A DNA stretch of 64,000 bases from Octopus sinensis. Taxonomy: Eukaryota. The notes beneath the pieces are model-generated. The model saw only the letters and a program-made list of their open reading frames with translations. It had not been told where the DNA came from and searched no databases. The position numbers and the translations under genes are program-made. Of this stretch, positions 1 through 12,889 are shown one piece after another. Location: positions 34,472,001 to 34,536,000 of the forward strand of contig NC_043009.1 in the NCBI RefSeq assembly GCF_006345805.1. The letters are read 5' to 3'. Numbering within the stretch: the first letter of the stretch is position 1; every line of letters begins with the position of its first letter.

Positions 1-3
1 AAC

Positions 4-116
4 TACCAAGTACATTTAACCTAATGCTAAATACCAACTACACTTAAACTAATGTTAAATACCAAATACACTTAAACTACTGTTAAAACTATTGTATTCA
101 CTTAGACTACTGTTAA
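4..116. repeat. 28-bp minisatellite, 3 copies plus a degenerate fourth
   Basis: TACCAA.TACA.TTAA.CTA.TG.TAAA starts at 4, 32 and 60. Confidence 0.85.
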
Positions 117-420
117 TTAACTATCATGTACAGTCAGTCTTTTAGTCTTTCATTGGTTTATGTTATTGGGCAATGACTATGCTGAGGCACTACTCTTAAG
201 GATATATTGTGTCAATTCCATTGGCACCGTAGCTTCTTACTTCAGTGTGGAATATATTTTAACAACTTCTATTTGTCAAAGCACTAAGTTTATAAGGCAT
301 AAAAAGAAGGACAATATAACCAATGCTGGTCTTTAGTCCAATCAAAACACACCCAAACACATATGTCAGGCTTTTGCAAAGCTTCCATCTAAATACCATT
401 TATATATTTTCTATTTTTAT

Positions 421-640
421 CTTTTATCTGTTTCAGTCATTAGAATACAGCTAGGCTGGAGCACCACCGAGAAAATATTTTACCCAAATAAATTAACCCC
501 TGTACTTATTTTTTTAAAGCCTGGTACTTATTCTATCAATATATTTTGCTGAACCACTAAGTTACAGGAATGTAAACAAACCAACAGTGGTTGTCAAGAG
601 GGGGTAGACAAACACAGATATGTACGCACACGTGTGCGTA
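421..640 (-). mobile_element. SINE family 1, degraded 3' half
   Basis: Reverse complement resembles the 3' half of the intact copies at 7637 and 35834. Confidence 0.7.
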
Positions 641-650
641 CACACATAAG

Positions 651-1367
651 GATAGGTTAGGCGAAGTTCAGAGAGCTTCTATCTTTGCTGGTAACTAAGG
701 GCCTCTCCCTCAGAGTGAAAGACAGATTGTATGATGCCTGTGTTCATATATGGTAGTGAAACATGGGCTTTGTGTGAAGGCTTGAAAGAAATGAAGCTAA
801 CAAGCTTTGTTGGATTGGTAATGTTAGTGTCCATGCACAACAGTGTGTAAATAATTTAAGAGGAAAACTGGGCATCAGATGTTGTGTGCAAGAGAGAAGA
901 CAGCACTGGGATGGTCATGCGATGCATATGGATGAGGACAGTAGCATAAAGAAGAGCTGATCTTTAATTGCGGAAAGAACCTGTGGAAGGGGTAGACACA
1001 GAAAGACGTGGGACAAGGTGGTGAGAAAGGATCTTTGGTCACTGGGCCTCACTGAGGAGACGACAAGGGACCAGGAGTTGTGGTGATTTACTGTACTTGA
1101 GAAGATGTGCCAAGCTAAGTAAAATCATTGTCATCCATTCATATAAGCTTGTCCTTTGCAGGTGCTGGTTCCACATTAAATGCACTTCTGCTGGTGCTGC
1201 ACACAACACTCTGTAAAGTGGTTGGTGTTAAAGAAGAGTATCCTGCCATAGAAACATGTCATAACAGACAATTGGAGTCTGGACAGCTCTGCAGCTGGCC
1301 AGACACCATGTCAAACCGTCCAATCCATGCCAACATGGAAAACAGACGTTAAACAACGATGATGATA
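651..1367 (+). mobile_element. RTE LINE, old 5'-truncated 3' fragment
   Basis: Degenerate AKFRELL.LLVTKGLSLRVK...GRGR.RKTW coding remnant, then the family 3' UTR and (GAT)n tail. Confidence 0.85.
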
Positions 1368-1378
1368 AATATATAGTG

Positions 1379-1533
1379 GTTTCTTTCAGTTTCTATCTAC
1401 CAAATCCACTCACAAGGTTTTGTTCAGCTTGAGGCTATAATAAAAGATACTTGGTCACAATGCCACACAGTGGGATTGAACCCAGAACCATGTGGTTGGG
1501 AAGCAAGCTTCTTACAACACTGTCATGCCTGCA
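1379..1533 (-). mobile_element. SINE family 1, 5' half
   Basis: Reverse complement of the tRNA-like head and core of family 1. Confidence 0.8.
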
Positions 1534-1649
1534 CCTTATTTATTATTCATTTTTTTTTTTGCAACTATACTATTAAGCTAGAAAGGGTCCTTAGGCAAGG
1601 CACTTTACATACTATTGCTTCAGTCTACTCAGATGACAAAAAAGCATTA

Positions 1650-3196
1650 AAATTTACAGACCTTGCTCTAATTGGTGAGTCACTATCAGAACTAGAGGAA
1701 AAGTTTCAGGTGTGGAAACAAGGATTAGAATTGAAGGGCCTTAGAGGCAACCTAGCTAAGACCAAAGTCCTAACAAGTAGGAAGGCAGGCAAATCACAAA
1801 TCCCTTCAGGTAGATGGCCCTGCTCAATCTGTAGAAAAGGCATAGGTAGAAACTCTATAAGATGTACCCAGTGTAAGCTATGGACACATAAGAGGTGCAG
1901 CAATATCAAAGGAAGGCTAACTGGGAGGATAGTTTTTGTACATGACAGATGCTCAGGAGCAATAAATAACACTGAAAATGTGCAGAGAACAACTTCTGCC
2001 ACATTCAAGGGAGAAAAACTAGAAGTAGTTCATAGCTTCCGTTACCTAGGTGACCAGGTCAGTAGCGGGGGAGGGTGCACTAAAAGTGTAGCTGCTTGAA
2101 TAAGAATAGCCTGGGCAAAGTTTAGAGAACTCTTATCTCTGCTGGTGACAAAGGGCCTCCCACTCAGAGTAAAAGGTAGACTGTATGACGCATGTGTATG
2201 AACAGCCGTGCTACATGGCAGTGAAACATGGACTGTGACTGCTGAGGACATGCATAAGCTCACAAGGAATGAAGCCAGTATGCGCCGATGGATGTGTAAT
2301 GTCAGTGTGCATACTCGACAGAGTGTTAGTGCCTTGAGAGAAAAGTTGGACCTAAGAAGCATCAGATGTGGTGTGCAAGAGGGACGACAGCGCTGGTATG
2401 GTCATGTGGCGAGAATGGATGTGGATAACTGTGTGAAAAAGTGCCACACCCTAGTGGTTGAGGGAACCTGTGGAAGAGGTAGACCCAGGAAGACTTGGGA
2501 TGAGGTGGTGAAGCGTGACCTTCGAACATAGGGCCTCACTGAGGCAATGACTAGTGACTGGGAACTTTGGAAATATGCTGTGCTTGAGAAGACTTGGCAA
2601 GCGCAAGTGAGATCATAACCTTGTGGCCTATGCCAGGGGTGTAAAAGTCCACTTATGCATATCTTTCCTTCATTGGACACTAAACTCTCCTTGCGAAGAC
2701 ATGTTGAGGCAAGTGAAATCGAAATCAAATTTGATGACTGGCATCCGTGCTAGTGGAGTGCTAAGAGTACCATACGAGTGTGATCATTGCCAGAGCAACA
2801 AGCTGACCTCCATGCCGATGGCACGTAAAAATCACCATTCGAGCGTGATCGCTACCTGTGTCGCCTTACTGGTACTTGTGCTGGTGGCACGTGAAAAAAA
2901 ATTAGAGCAAGATCATTGCTAGTGCCGCTGGACTGGCTCCTGTGCAGGTGGCACATAAAAAGCACCATTTGAGTGTGGCTGTTGCCAGTACCGCCTGACT
3001 GGCCCTCGTGCTGGTAGCATGTAAAGCACCCACTACACTCTCAGAATGGTTGGCGTTAGGAAGGGCATCCAGCTGTAGAAACTCTGCCAGATCAGATTGG
3101 AGTTTGGTGCAGCCATCTGGTTCACCAGACTTCAGTCAAATTGTCCAACCTATGCTAGCATGGAAAATGGACGTTAAACAATGATGATGATGATGA
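1650..3196 (+). mobile_element. RTE-clade LINE, 5'-truncated: RT C-terminus with PHD insertion, 3' UTR and (GAT)n tail
   Basis: ORFs 1470-2099 and 2208-2531 give LRGNLAKTKV, SFRYLGDQVS, MLHGSETW, RWYGHVARM and GRGRPRKTW; the element ends GACGTTAAAC(AATGAT)n. Confidence 0.95.
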
Positions 3197-3558
3197 GAAT
3201 ATCCAGTGTGTGCCAAGTTAGTGCAGCAATGTCAATAAATCAGTGATACTACCAAAAACATTATATCAGGAAAACGGATACTTCAAGTGATGGAGTACCA
3301 TGCACCACCTCAAACCCTTTATTACATAACCACAATATGAGCCAGATTTTATTTTATTTTCCTTGAAAATTGTCCCTCAAAAAAAAAAAAGAGATAATCT
3401 TATGTCCCCGCCCTCTTACAAAGTCCCTATGAATCCTTCTTTACAAAATATAAGAGATTTTAGGAGGACTCAGATATAAAGAGGTAATTTGTCTTGTTTT
3501 TAAGGACAATTTTGGGGAAAGAGATGGTAACAAAAATAAATAAATAAATATGTATAAA

Positions 3559-3738
3559 GGCATAAGAGTGGCTGTGTGGTAAGTAGCTTGCTTACGAACC
3601 ACATGGTTCCGGGTTCAGTCTCACTGCATGGCACCTTGGGTAAGTGTCTTCTACTATATAGCCTCAGGCCGACCAAAGCCTTGTGAGTGGATTTGGTAGA
3701 CAGAAACTGAAAGAAGTCCGTCGTATATATGTGTATAT

Positions 3739-3787
<49 letters not shown>

Positions 3788-4020
3788 TGTGTGTGTGTGT
3801 GTTTATATGTCTGTGTTTGTCCCTCCTAACATTACTTGACAACCGATGCTGGTGTGTTTACATCCCCATAACTTAGCGGTTTGGCAAAAAAGAGACTGAT
3901 AGAATAAGTACTAGGCTTACAAAGAATAAGTCCTGGGGTCGATTTGCTCAACTAAAGGCGGTGCTCCAGCATGGCCACAGTCACATGACTGAAACAAGTA
4001 AAAGGGAAAAGGGAAAAGAG
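3559..4020 (+). mobile_element. SINE family 1 (tRNA-derived, CORE-like), full length
   Basis: GAGTGGCTGTGTGGTAAG A-box region, GGTTCAGTC B-box, CCTTGGGYAAGTG core, central (TA)n(TG)n, GTAAAAG tail. Confidence 0.9.
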
Positions 4021-4576
4021 ATATAAAAGAAAAAACACATGTATTGCAATTCTTTTGCATGTAGCTCTAAGTGTTAATTAAAAGGCCTTTTGAAATGTGA
4101 ACTCTACAGAAGTAAGTACAAGTATAGCTACGTGGTGGTTATGAAATTTACTATGCAGCAATGTGGTCTTGAGTGCAATCTTAATGCAAAGCATGTTGGG
4201 AAAATGTCTTCAACTATATCATCAGATTGTCCAATTCTGTGTGAGTAGAACTGGTAGACGAAAACTGTAGAGAAATGTGTGAGAATTTGTATATGTGCTT
4301 GTGTGTATGCACATGCACATTCTTATGCCCTGTAACTCAGCAGTTTCACAGAGAGAGATTAGATTTAAAACATAATTACTAGTTTTGATATGATCTTTTG
4401 ATCCATCTCCAATTGATGCCCAAGTATGGCTTACAGTTCAATGAATGAAGAATAGAAGACTATTTCAACTCTAAATCCCAAGAGCCAACAAGAATTTCAG
4501 TTGTTTGATGAATAGAATTACATTAACATAATAACAAAGTAGAATTAGTGTCAGTGACACAGTGGTATCCAATCAA

Positions 4577-4807
4577 GGTGGCAAGCTAGCAGAAACGTTA
4601 GCACGCCAGGCGAAATGCTTAGCAGTACTTAGTCTGCCGTTACATTCTGAGTTCAAATTCCGCTGAGGTCGACTTTGCTTTTCATCCTTTCGGGGTCGAT
4701 TAAATAAGTACCAGTTATGCACTGGAGTTGATATAATCGACTTAATCTGTTTGTCTGTCCTTGTTTGTCCCTTTTGTGTTTAGCCCCTTGTGGGTAGTAA
4801 AGAAATA
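4577..4807 (+). mobile_element. SINE family 2, full length with 13-bp TSD
   Basis: GAGTTCAAATTCC B-box; flanked by GGTATCCAATCAA at 4564-4576 and 4808-4820. Confidence 0.9.
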
Positions 4808-5489
4808 GGTATCCAATCAATAGGACTTGCACACATTTTCCATCAGTGCAGTTTCACTCACAAGGCTTGTAATGATACAAAGCAATTGTAGAAAATAAAT
4901 ATTCAAAGAACTATAGGTTGGAATCTAACTTGGAACAATCAGAAATAGTTACAGTAGTGTTAAACTCAGTGAAAAAAAAAAAACAGTGTTAAACATTCTT
5001 TGATTTAGCAAGCAAGGGAGACAACATGTTTCTGGTTTCTAAGCTATCACCAGTGGGAGTATATTATTTACTCTTTGTTGGTCATGTACAGTTCCTGCTT
5101 TATATCATAATCTTGTTGAAGCTGCCGGATTTGAAAATGTTCTCAACCTTCCTTACAAAAACAAAAGCAACTGCACTAAATAAAACTGAGATAATTTTTA
5201 AATAGTAAAAAGGCAAAAAACTTGCCAAAGTAGTTGATTAAAGCAGTATGGCACTACATTCAAAAATATCTCATAGTCACCACTTTCTTGTTTTGATATT
5301 TTACTGTTTTATTTACAATCAACAACTAAAACTAACAGGGACAGTTATAGATTCTTCATGGACACCAACGATACAATTTACAATGAGATTTCAGAAATAA
5401 AATAACTAACACTACTTAAATGTTATGTCAACACCAATAGATAATTAAACATTTTGGATCAAGATTTGTAGCTGTTATTATTACTATTA

Positions 5490-5710
5490 AGGCTGGTAGG
5501 ATCATTACTGCACCAGATGAAATGCTGAGCAGCATTTCTTCTAGCTTGACATTCTGAGTTTAAATTTTGTGAAGATCAACATTGCCTTTCATCCTTTTGA
5601 GGTCAAAAAAATAAGTACCAGTTGAGCACTGGAGTTGCTATAATCAACTGGCCTCCTTCTCCAAAATTTCAGGCCTTGTGCCTATAGTAGAAATTATTAT
5701 TATTATTACT
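5490..5710 (+). mobile_element. SINE family 2-related copy with a different 3' end and (ATT)n tail
   Basis: Shares TTCTGAGTT.AAATT...TTTCATCCTTT...TAAGTACCAGTT with the 4577 copy, then diverges. Confidence 0.7.
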
Positions 5711-5715
5711 ATTGT

Positions 5716-6055
5716 TATTATTGAGTGAGAGAGCAGTACATGCCATCAAAATATACGAAGCGCAGTATACCCATCACAACTACCCATCTGATAATGGTAC
5801 ATCAGGCACATGCATCACAACCATATGCGCACAACATGGTGATCCCATATCAAGACAAACAGCACATGACCTTGCAGGTGGGGCCCACTTAGAATTTTTC
5901 TCAGGTCGAGTAGCCCATCACACTGAAAAGATCCCTGAATGAGGGTTCTTTAAGGGTGTTGAAACACCAGTGTTTCAAGAGGTGAATAATTCAAACCACA
6001 AAGAATCCCTCAACACATGGCTATGATGCTCCCCCACTATTTCTGCTCTTATTTT
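5716..6055 (-). mobile_element. Putative non-autonomous retroposon ending in (AAT)n
   Basis: GC-richer block abutting the (ATT)n run; assignment is from my recollection of this repeat and only one copy is in the window. Confidence 0.45.
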
Positions 6056-6565
6056 GTAACAGAGTTCACGGTTGTTTTCACAATAAATGGGTTTGATAAG
6101 ATTACCTCTTTATACAAACACACACACACACACACAGTGTGTGTGTTATGAAGTGAGTGAATTAAAGGTGGTATCTGTACTTAAGCAAAATTCATAGAAG
6201 CATCAACATAAGAAAAATTATAGAGATATGGGGTGAGTGGGGGGAGAGGAAAACACGAGAGAAAGAGAGAAGGAATGAGACTGAGAAAGGAATGAGTTGA
6301 AGTAAGTGGAAAAAATTGCGAGAAAGAGAAAAAAGAAAGCTGTTAAAATGGGTAGTTATGGAGTTAATGATGTAAATAGGTAACTAATAAAGAGCAGTGA
6401 TGAAGGATTTTGGCAGCCAATATTCTCATTGAATTTTCTCAAACCTTCATTGAGAAATCACAAGGAGCAGTGCTAAAGGAAATCTGTTTTTAAGGAACAA
6501 GTATCCATCTCTACTACGGTCAATACTGACTTCCTCTGCTCACAGACTCAACATTTTATCGTTTA

Positions 6566-6953
6566 TTCTTTATTTGTTTTAGTCATTAGACAGTGGCCAT
6601 GCTTGGAGATAGCTTAGGAGGATTTTAGTTGAATGAATCGATCCAGTACCATTTTTCTTTAAAGCCTGGTGCTTATTCTATTGGTATTTTTGCTGAACCA
6701 CTTAGTTACAATGATGTAAACACACCAATACTGGTTGTCAAGTGGTGATGGGGATGAACCAGATAAAAAGACACACACACACACATATATACATATGATG
6801 AGCTTCTTTCAGTTTCCATCTACCAAATCCACTCACAGGGCTTTGGCCAGCCTGAGGTTAAAGTAGAAGACAGTTGGCCAAGGTGCCATGCAGTGGAACC
6901 AGGAACCATGTGGTTGGGAAGTAAAACTTCTTATCATACTGTGATGGCTGTGC
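6566..6953 (-). mobile_element. SINE family 1, older full-length copy
   Basis: Reverse complement aligns to family 1 from head to tail. Confidence 0.85.
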
Positions 6954-7636
6954 ATATTTTTTTTGTCTGATTGCCAGCCCATCCGGCTGTCTCTCTACTT
7001 TGTCCTCATTTTTACAAGTCAAGTACAATCATTTTCAGCTGCAGTCTGTTATGTTCCTGAGCCATTTGATGAGCACTGAGAAAGAGAGAAGGGAGATAAG
7101 GAGAGAGCTAGGGAAAAAAAAAGAGAGAAAGAGAGAGAGAGAGAGGGAGAGAGAGTAGAGGGGAACACATTAGCACTACTAAGCATGTGTGAGAGAGACT
7201 GTGTATATTTTATGTGTGTAGTGTGTGTTGAAATAGGCCTCATACAGATAGGGTAAAAATGAGAAACCCGATAAAGAGGAGGGAGAAAGAGAAGACAGAG
7301 AAGAGAAGAGAGAGGGATAGTGGATGTGTGTGACTGTTTTAAAATGTGTTTGTCTCATTATGAAATTTCCTACAAAATGCTAAAAAAGAAAAAAAAGATG
7401 AACTTTGCTCATTCAAATAAAACGGCTCTTCTCACTAAGAGGGAGAATGAGGTGTTGGATTTCACCATCATGTTCTTTTATTGTGGCAGTTCCACTTCAG
7501 ACTCTTGTCAAATATCCAACTCATTCACTGCAGTTGTCCCTTAGCAAGAACAAATGACCCTTTACCATACTTAAACTTACAGGTCACAGTGTCTTTCTCA
7601 CCATCTATCTCTCTTTTTCACAAACACATGCACACA

Positions 7637-7795
7637 TGCAGGAGTGGCTGTGTGGTAAGTAGCTTGCTAACCAACCACATGGTTCCGGGTTCAGTCCCAC
7701 TGTGTGGCATCTTGGGCAAGTGTCTTCTTAGTAGCCCCGGGCCAACCAATGCCTTGTGAGTGGATTTGGTAGACGGAAACTGAAAGAAGCCTGTC

Positions 7796-7851
<56 letters not shown>

Positions 7852-8072
7852 GTGTGTATGTGTGTGTGTTTGTCCCCTTAGCATTGCTTGACAACCGGTG
7901 CTGGTGTGTTTACGTCCCCGTCACTTAGCGGTTCGGCAAAAGAGACCGATAGAAGAAGTACTGGGCTTACAATGAATAAGTCCCGGGGTCGATTTGCTCG
8001 ACTAAAGGCGGTGCTCCAGCATGGCCGCAGTCAAATGACTGAAACAAGTAAAAGAGTAAAAGAGAGTAAAGA
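7637..8072 (+). mobile_element. SINE family 1, full length
   Basis: Close to 35834 and 41386; long internal (TA)n; (GTAAAAGA)n tail. Confidence 0.95.
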
Positions 8073-8598
8073 GTACACCAACAGTCAGACAAAGACCAAA
8101 CTATAAGAACTTCTACACTGCATTCAACTTGCTAGAAATATCAGCCAAAATATCCTTCAACTCACAAGCCACTGACTTAAGAAACAGGAGGACAATATAA
8201 GTAAATCTTGAGATTAGGTGGCCACAAGTGGAACAAATTTGACTGATAGGTTGAGCTTGGGCTGAACCAGAGATGAATTTATGTTCCATGTAAATGGTAC
8301 AAAGGGCAAGAGGCCCAACAAGGTCTCTAGCTTTTTGTATCTTTTAGTCTAGTCTCAGACACTGAGTGGCTCAATGAACTCTGAACCACCACACACAAAG
8401 GTAGATGGCCAAATGATTAGCTAACACTCACAGATCGCACCTGGTCCAGATATGTCAAGCCACTTCGAAAAAATAATGAGAAGTTATTTCACACTACCTT
8501 TATGATTTATAGAGTGACTACTTCATTTTATCATCAGTACCTTAGTCAATTTATATACCAAATATGTATGGCAGAATTCTGTATATATTACGGTATAT

Positions 8599-8647
<49 letters not shown>

Positions 8648-8794
8648 TATAATTTCAAAATGTTAGGGAATAATAAGTATCCCAGGTTATCAGAACATTT
8701 ACTCTTTTACACTTTACTAATGCAATGTAAACAGTATCATTTATAATATTATTACAAATTTGTAATAATATTCTAGACATATAGTGTATATATA

Positions 8795-8850
<56 letters not shown>

Positions 8851-8870
8851 AACAAGGATATCTAGAGGTA

Positions 8871-8959
8871 ATGCAGTACGATCGTTTCATGTGACTCCGT
8901 TTAATTGAACAATGTAAACATTACATCAATTTAAAATGTAGAGCAATCTTCAGCTGCAC
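8871..8959 (-). ncRNA. Type I hammerhead-like motif with long, imperfect stem II
   Basis: Minus strand reads GUGCAG CUGAAGA ...~60 nt... GAAA C GAUC G UA CUGCAU: 6-bp stem I and palindromic stem III. Confidence 0.6.
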
Positions 8960-9222
8960 AAAAGACATAGAATTTAATTAAATTTGAAGGATACATTAGT
9001 ATAATTTTACCCCAAATCACCAAGAGGATAAGGACATAGACAAAGAACATGTTTTACCAACAACATCAAAGTTGTAACTGAAATTTTTTCAAGATGACAC
9101 TGTCTGTCACTGATTTTTCTGATATTTAGTTTTATTATGGGGGCAGTGGATCAGTTTTAATTTATAGGCTAGTTTTATCAAATCCTTTGCATATTTCAGG
9201 CTGAGAAAAGACAGAGGATAAT

Positions 9223-9280
<58 letters not shown>

Positions 9281-10736
9281 AAATCCATTCTGTCTGTCAG
9301 TCTGTGTGTCTTCTAGGATCTCGGGCATCCTCCATCCGATTGCGCTCAAATTTGATACGTAGATACCGACGGTATCAGGGCATGTATAAGTTTTGAAAAA
9401 ATTACGAAAATTGATTCCATGTGAGAATGCGATTGATAAAGCCGTGGGATGTACGTGCAAGTACATCAGCTGTTGCACTGGTACAATAAATACCGAAAAC
9501 TTACAGAAAAAGGACTCCATCAACTGCCAGGAGGGTAAGCTAGAGGTAGGAGATAGCTGTTGTCTGGGTGACCAAGTTAGTAGCATTACACACTCTCAGA
9601 GTAGTTGGCATTAGGAAGGGCATCCAGCCATAGAAACCATATCAATTCAGGCCGGAGTCTGGTGCAGCCTTCCAGCTTGCCAGCCCTGGTCCAAACCAAT
9701 TCAATCCGATAGTTGAACCCCAAAGTTTTACCCGTGGAATATGAGGATCTGATACAATAACAAGCGACATCAGCTGCTGTTGGATGCAGTTTTTAGATGC
9801 TGAACCCCCCCCCCCCCCAAAAAAAAGGCAAAAGACAGCAATATTTTGCCTACTACATAATGATGTATTTAGAAATTTAATATTTCTGATTATATAGAGA
9901 AGCATTATATCATATTGTAATCTAATAAATTTCTGCAATAGTTATTTTTAAAATTGTTTTGATACTCTTGTATCACAAAGTAAACAAAACTAGAGTGAAC
10001 TCCCCAATGCTTATGGATTTATTAATAATAATAATAATAATAAGATTAAAATAAAGTTAAAAATCTATCAATAAAGTTTAAAAATAAGGTTAAAATCAAG
10101 CAATTTTTAAAGTTGAAAAAATTGCCCTACTAATAAATAAACCAGCCAGCCAACCCGCCTACCTAGCCACCCATCCACCAATCTTACCTACAGAATCAAC
10201 TTCCCCTCCCCATTTCGTCACTGACCTCATCCATTGAGAAATATAAACATCGTAAGTATGTCAGTTGTCAGTGGTGATATGGTGGTGATGGTAAATAGTA
10301 TGTAGATGTATGTAAACGCATTTAAATCGACACTAACCAACAGCTAAATTACAGGCACAATAGGTGAATAATTTGTCAGACGGCTTTCGACATTTTTTAC
10401 GGAGAGGGTTCGTGAAGTATGTCATTCACGGCGTGTGTCAATATATGAACAGCGACAGAGAAAATATGTATGAGCAAGGGTGCTACAAACAGTTGTTTGC
10501 ACCGATGCTCGCACACACACACATACGAGACAGAGATTGGAATGAGGACGGGACAGTAAGACAGTAGGAGGGGTAATATAGAGGGGCGGGGATGTGTACA
10601 AGTGTATGTGTATTTATATTTCAAGGCCAGACATCAAAGACCTCTTGAAAAAAAAAAAACTCATAGTATGTCTTCTTCCCCTTTAACAATAGGAGACGGC
10701 ACTGTCCCTCTACACGATATAAAGAATAATATCCTC

Positions 10737-11163
10737 GGATCTTTTCGGTTTGAACGGCAGTTTTTAAAAATAATTTCCACGTAACTAAACACTTTTAAAC
10801 TTCGTATACTGGTAGAATATGTTTATAAAACATCTTTTTCTCTTGGCTTTATTGAGAAAATTCTATAGTTTATAAGATATTTGTTGTTTTTTTTTCTTCA
10901 ATTTCTGCAATTTCAACCAATCAATGACGTCTATTGAGGTGAAAACATTCTGTGCCGTAAGAATATGTCCCTCGTTTAAGAAACAGATTGGGTTTATTTA
11001 CATTTCTGAAGAAAAAAGATACCCTTCCCCCCACCCCTAACCCTAACTAACCCAAACCGTAAAACAGATTGAAATGCAATAGATCGATACGAGGGTCATA
11101 ATTACGGGTGACAATTTCATATGATACCGCTAGAAAAAACTGCCGTTCAAACCGAAAAGATTC
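10737..11163. mobile_element. MITE, GGATC-terminus family, 427 bp
   Basis: ~29-bp TIR GGATCTTTTCGGTTTGAACGGCAGTTTTT; TSD ATATCCTC / ATACCCTC (7 of 8); homologous to 40816-41237. Confidence 0.9.
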
Positions 11164-11774
11164 ATACCCTCTGTTTTACTACACCAGTCTATTTGATAAG
11201 ATACGAAACCTATGGTGATTATTGTGGTCTGCGATGAGGGATGAGAGAATTACAAGTTTCGGGGCTCCGCTCGCGCAAGGGAGGGAGGAGAGAGAGAGAG
11301 AGAGAGAATATATAGAAGTGATATCTAAAACAAAATATGAGAATTGAAGAACCCAGAGGTCAACTACAAAATATATTTTTTAAAATATATAAGAAAGAGT
11401 ATGGCAGTCCTTGACTACGGGACCACCCAAAAAAGGCCAGTCAGGGCTATGCAGGAAATATTCCATCAACTTCGCCGAAATGAAACAAATAACAAACTTA
11501 CAAATTACGCAAGTACTGGATCCCAACCCCCATGCGTCTTCTGCAATAAGATTGCAGCAACTTTTTTTTAAACCTCTATCACGGAAAAACTCAAAGAAAA
11601 AAAAAAGACTCCATGACCTTCGCACAGTAACTGGGCAAAATTCTCCAAGGAATACTAGACAAATCTTCAACATACAGACGTATTCCGTTTCTCAAGTCCC
11701 TACTTAAGTGGGTATGATGTCTCAAAATATGACTTAAATTATATTACACACACACAGACACACACATTGGAAAA

Positions 11775-12487
11775 TGTGTGAGATCCTTGCACACCACATC
11801 TGATGTTTCTTATGTCCAACTTTTCTCTCAGAGCGCTTACACTCTGTTGTGTATGCACACTAACATTACAAATCCAGCTGAGCATATTAGCTTCCTTCCT
11901 TGCAGGCTTATGCATGTCACAGCCCAGGTTTCACTGCCATGTAACATGGCTGTTCGCACACATGCGTCATACAGTCTACCTTTTACTCTGAGCGAGAGGT
12001 CCTTTGTCACCAGCAGAAGTAGGAGCTCTCTGAACTTTGCCCAGGTTATTCTTATTGTAGCAGCTACACTCTCAGAGCATCCACCCCTGCTACTGACTTG
12101 GTCACCTAGGTAACAGAAACTATCAACCACTTGTAGTTTTTCCCCCTGGAATGTGACAGAAGCTGTTTTCTGCACATTTGCAGTGTATATTGCCCCAGAG
12201 CATTTGCCACACACAAATACTATCTTCCCAGTTAGCCTTCCTTTGATATTGCTGCACCTCTTATGTGTCCATAGCTTATACCGGGTACATCTTATGGAGT
12301 TCTACCTATGCCTTTTCTACAGGTCGAGCAGGGCCATCGACCTGAAGGGATTTGTGGTTTGCCTTCCTATTTATTAAGACTTTGGTTTTTGCCCGATTGA
12401 CTCTAAGGCCCTTCGTTTCTAGACCTTGCTTCCACACCTGAAACTTCTCTAGTTCAGATAGAGACTCAACTATTAGATCAAGGTCAT
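11775..12487 (-). mobile_element. RTE LINE fragment, same family as 1650
   Basis: ORF 11837-12214: SFCYLGDQVSSRGG...AKFRELLL...MLHGSETWAV. Confidence 0.92.
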
Positions 12488-12889
12488 AAAAATCTATATG
12501 TATACACATACACAGATATACACACATTCATACCTACATACACATGTATATACATATATACACACACACATAAATATCCCCCCAGCTCACATGACCCCAC
12601 ACCTCTGTCCACGTACCCAACACCATTATCATCACTGCCCAATGTCCATTTTCTATGTGGATGCTAAATGATGACGATGATAATGAGGAATGCATGTGCA
12701 AATATGGGCACATATGAGGCAGAAAAAATACACACACATGGGTGTGTGTATACAAACACACATACATATTTACACATATCCACACACATGTATAAATATA
12801 TGTATGTATACATATGCATGTATATATATGTGTCTTTATTGGCCACACAGGGTTGAACACAGAATGGACTAAATACAAAGTAGAGCTTT

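Noticed and set aside
11031-11050. CCCTAA repeats as a telomere or chromosome-fusion site
   Set aside because: Only 2-3 units, and they are internal to a MITE also present at 40816.
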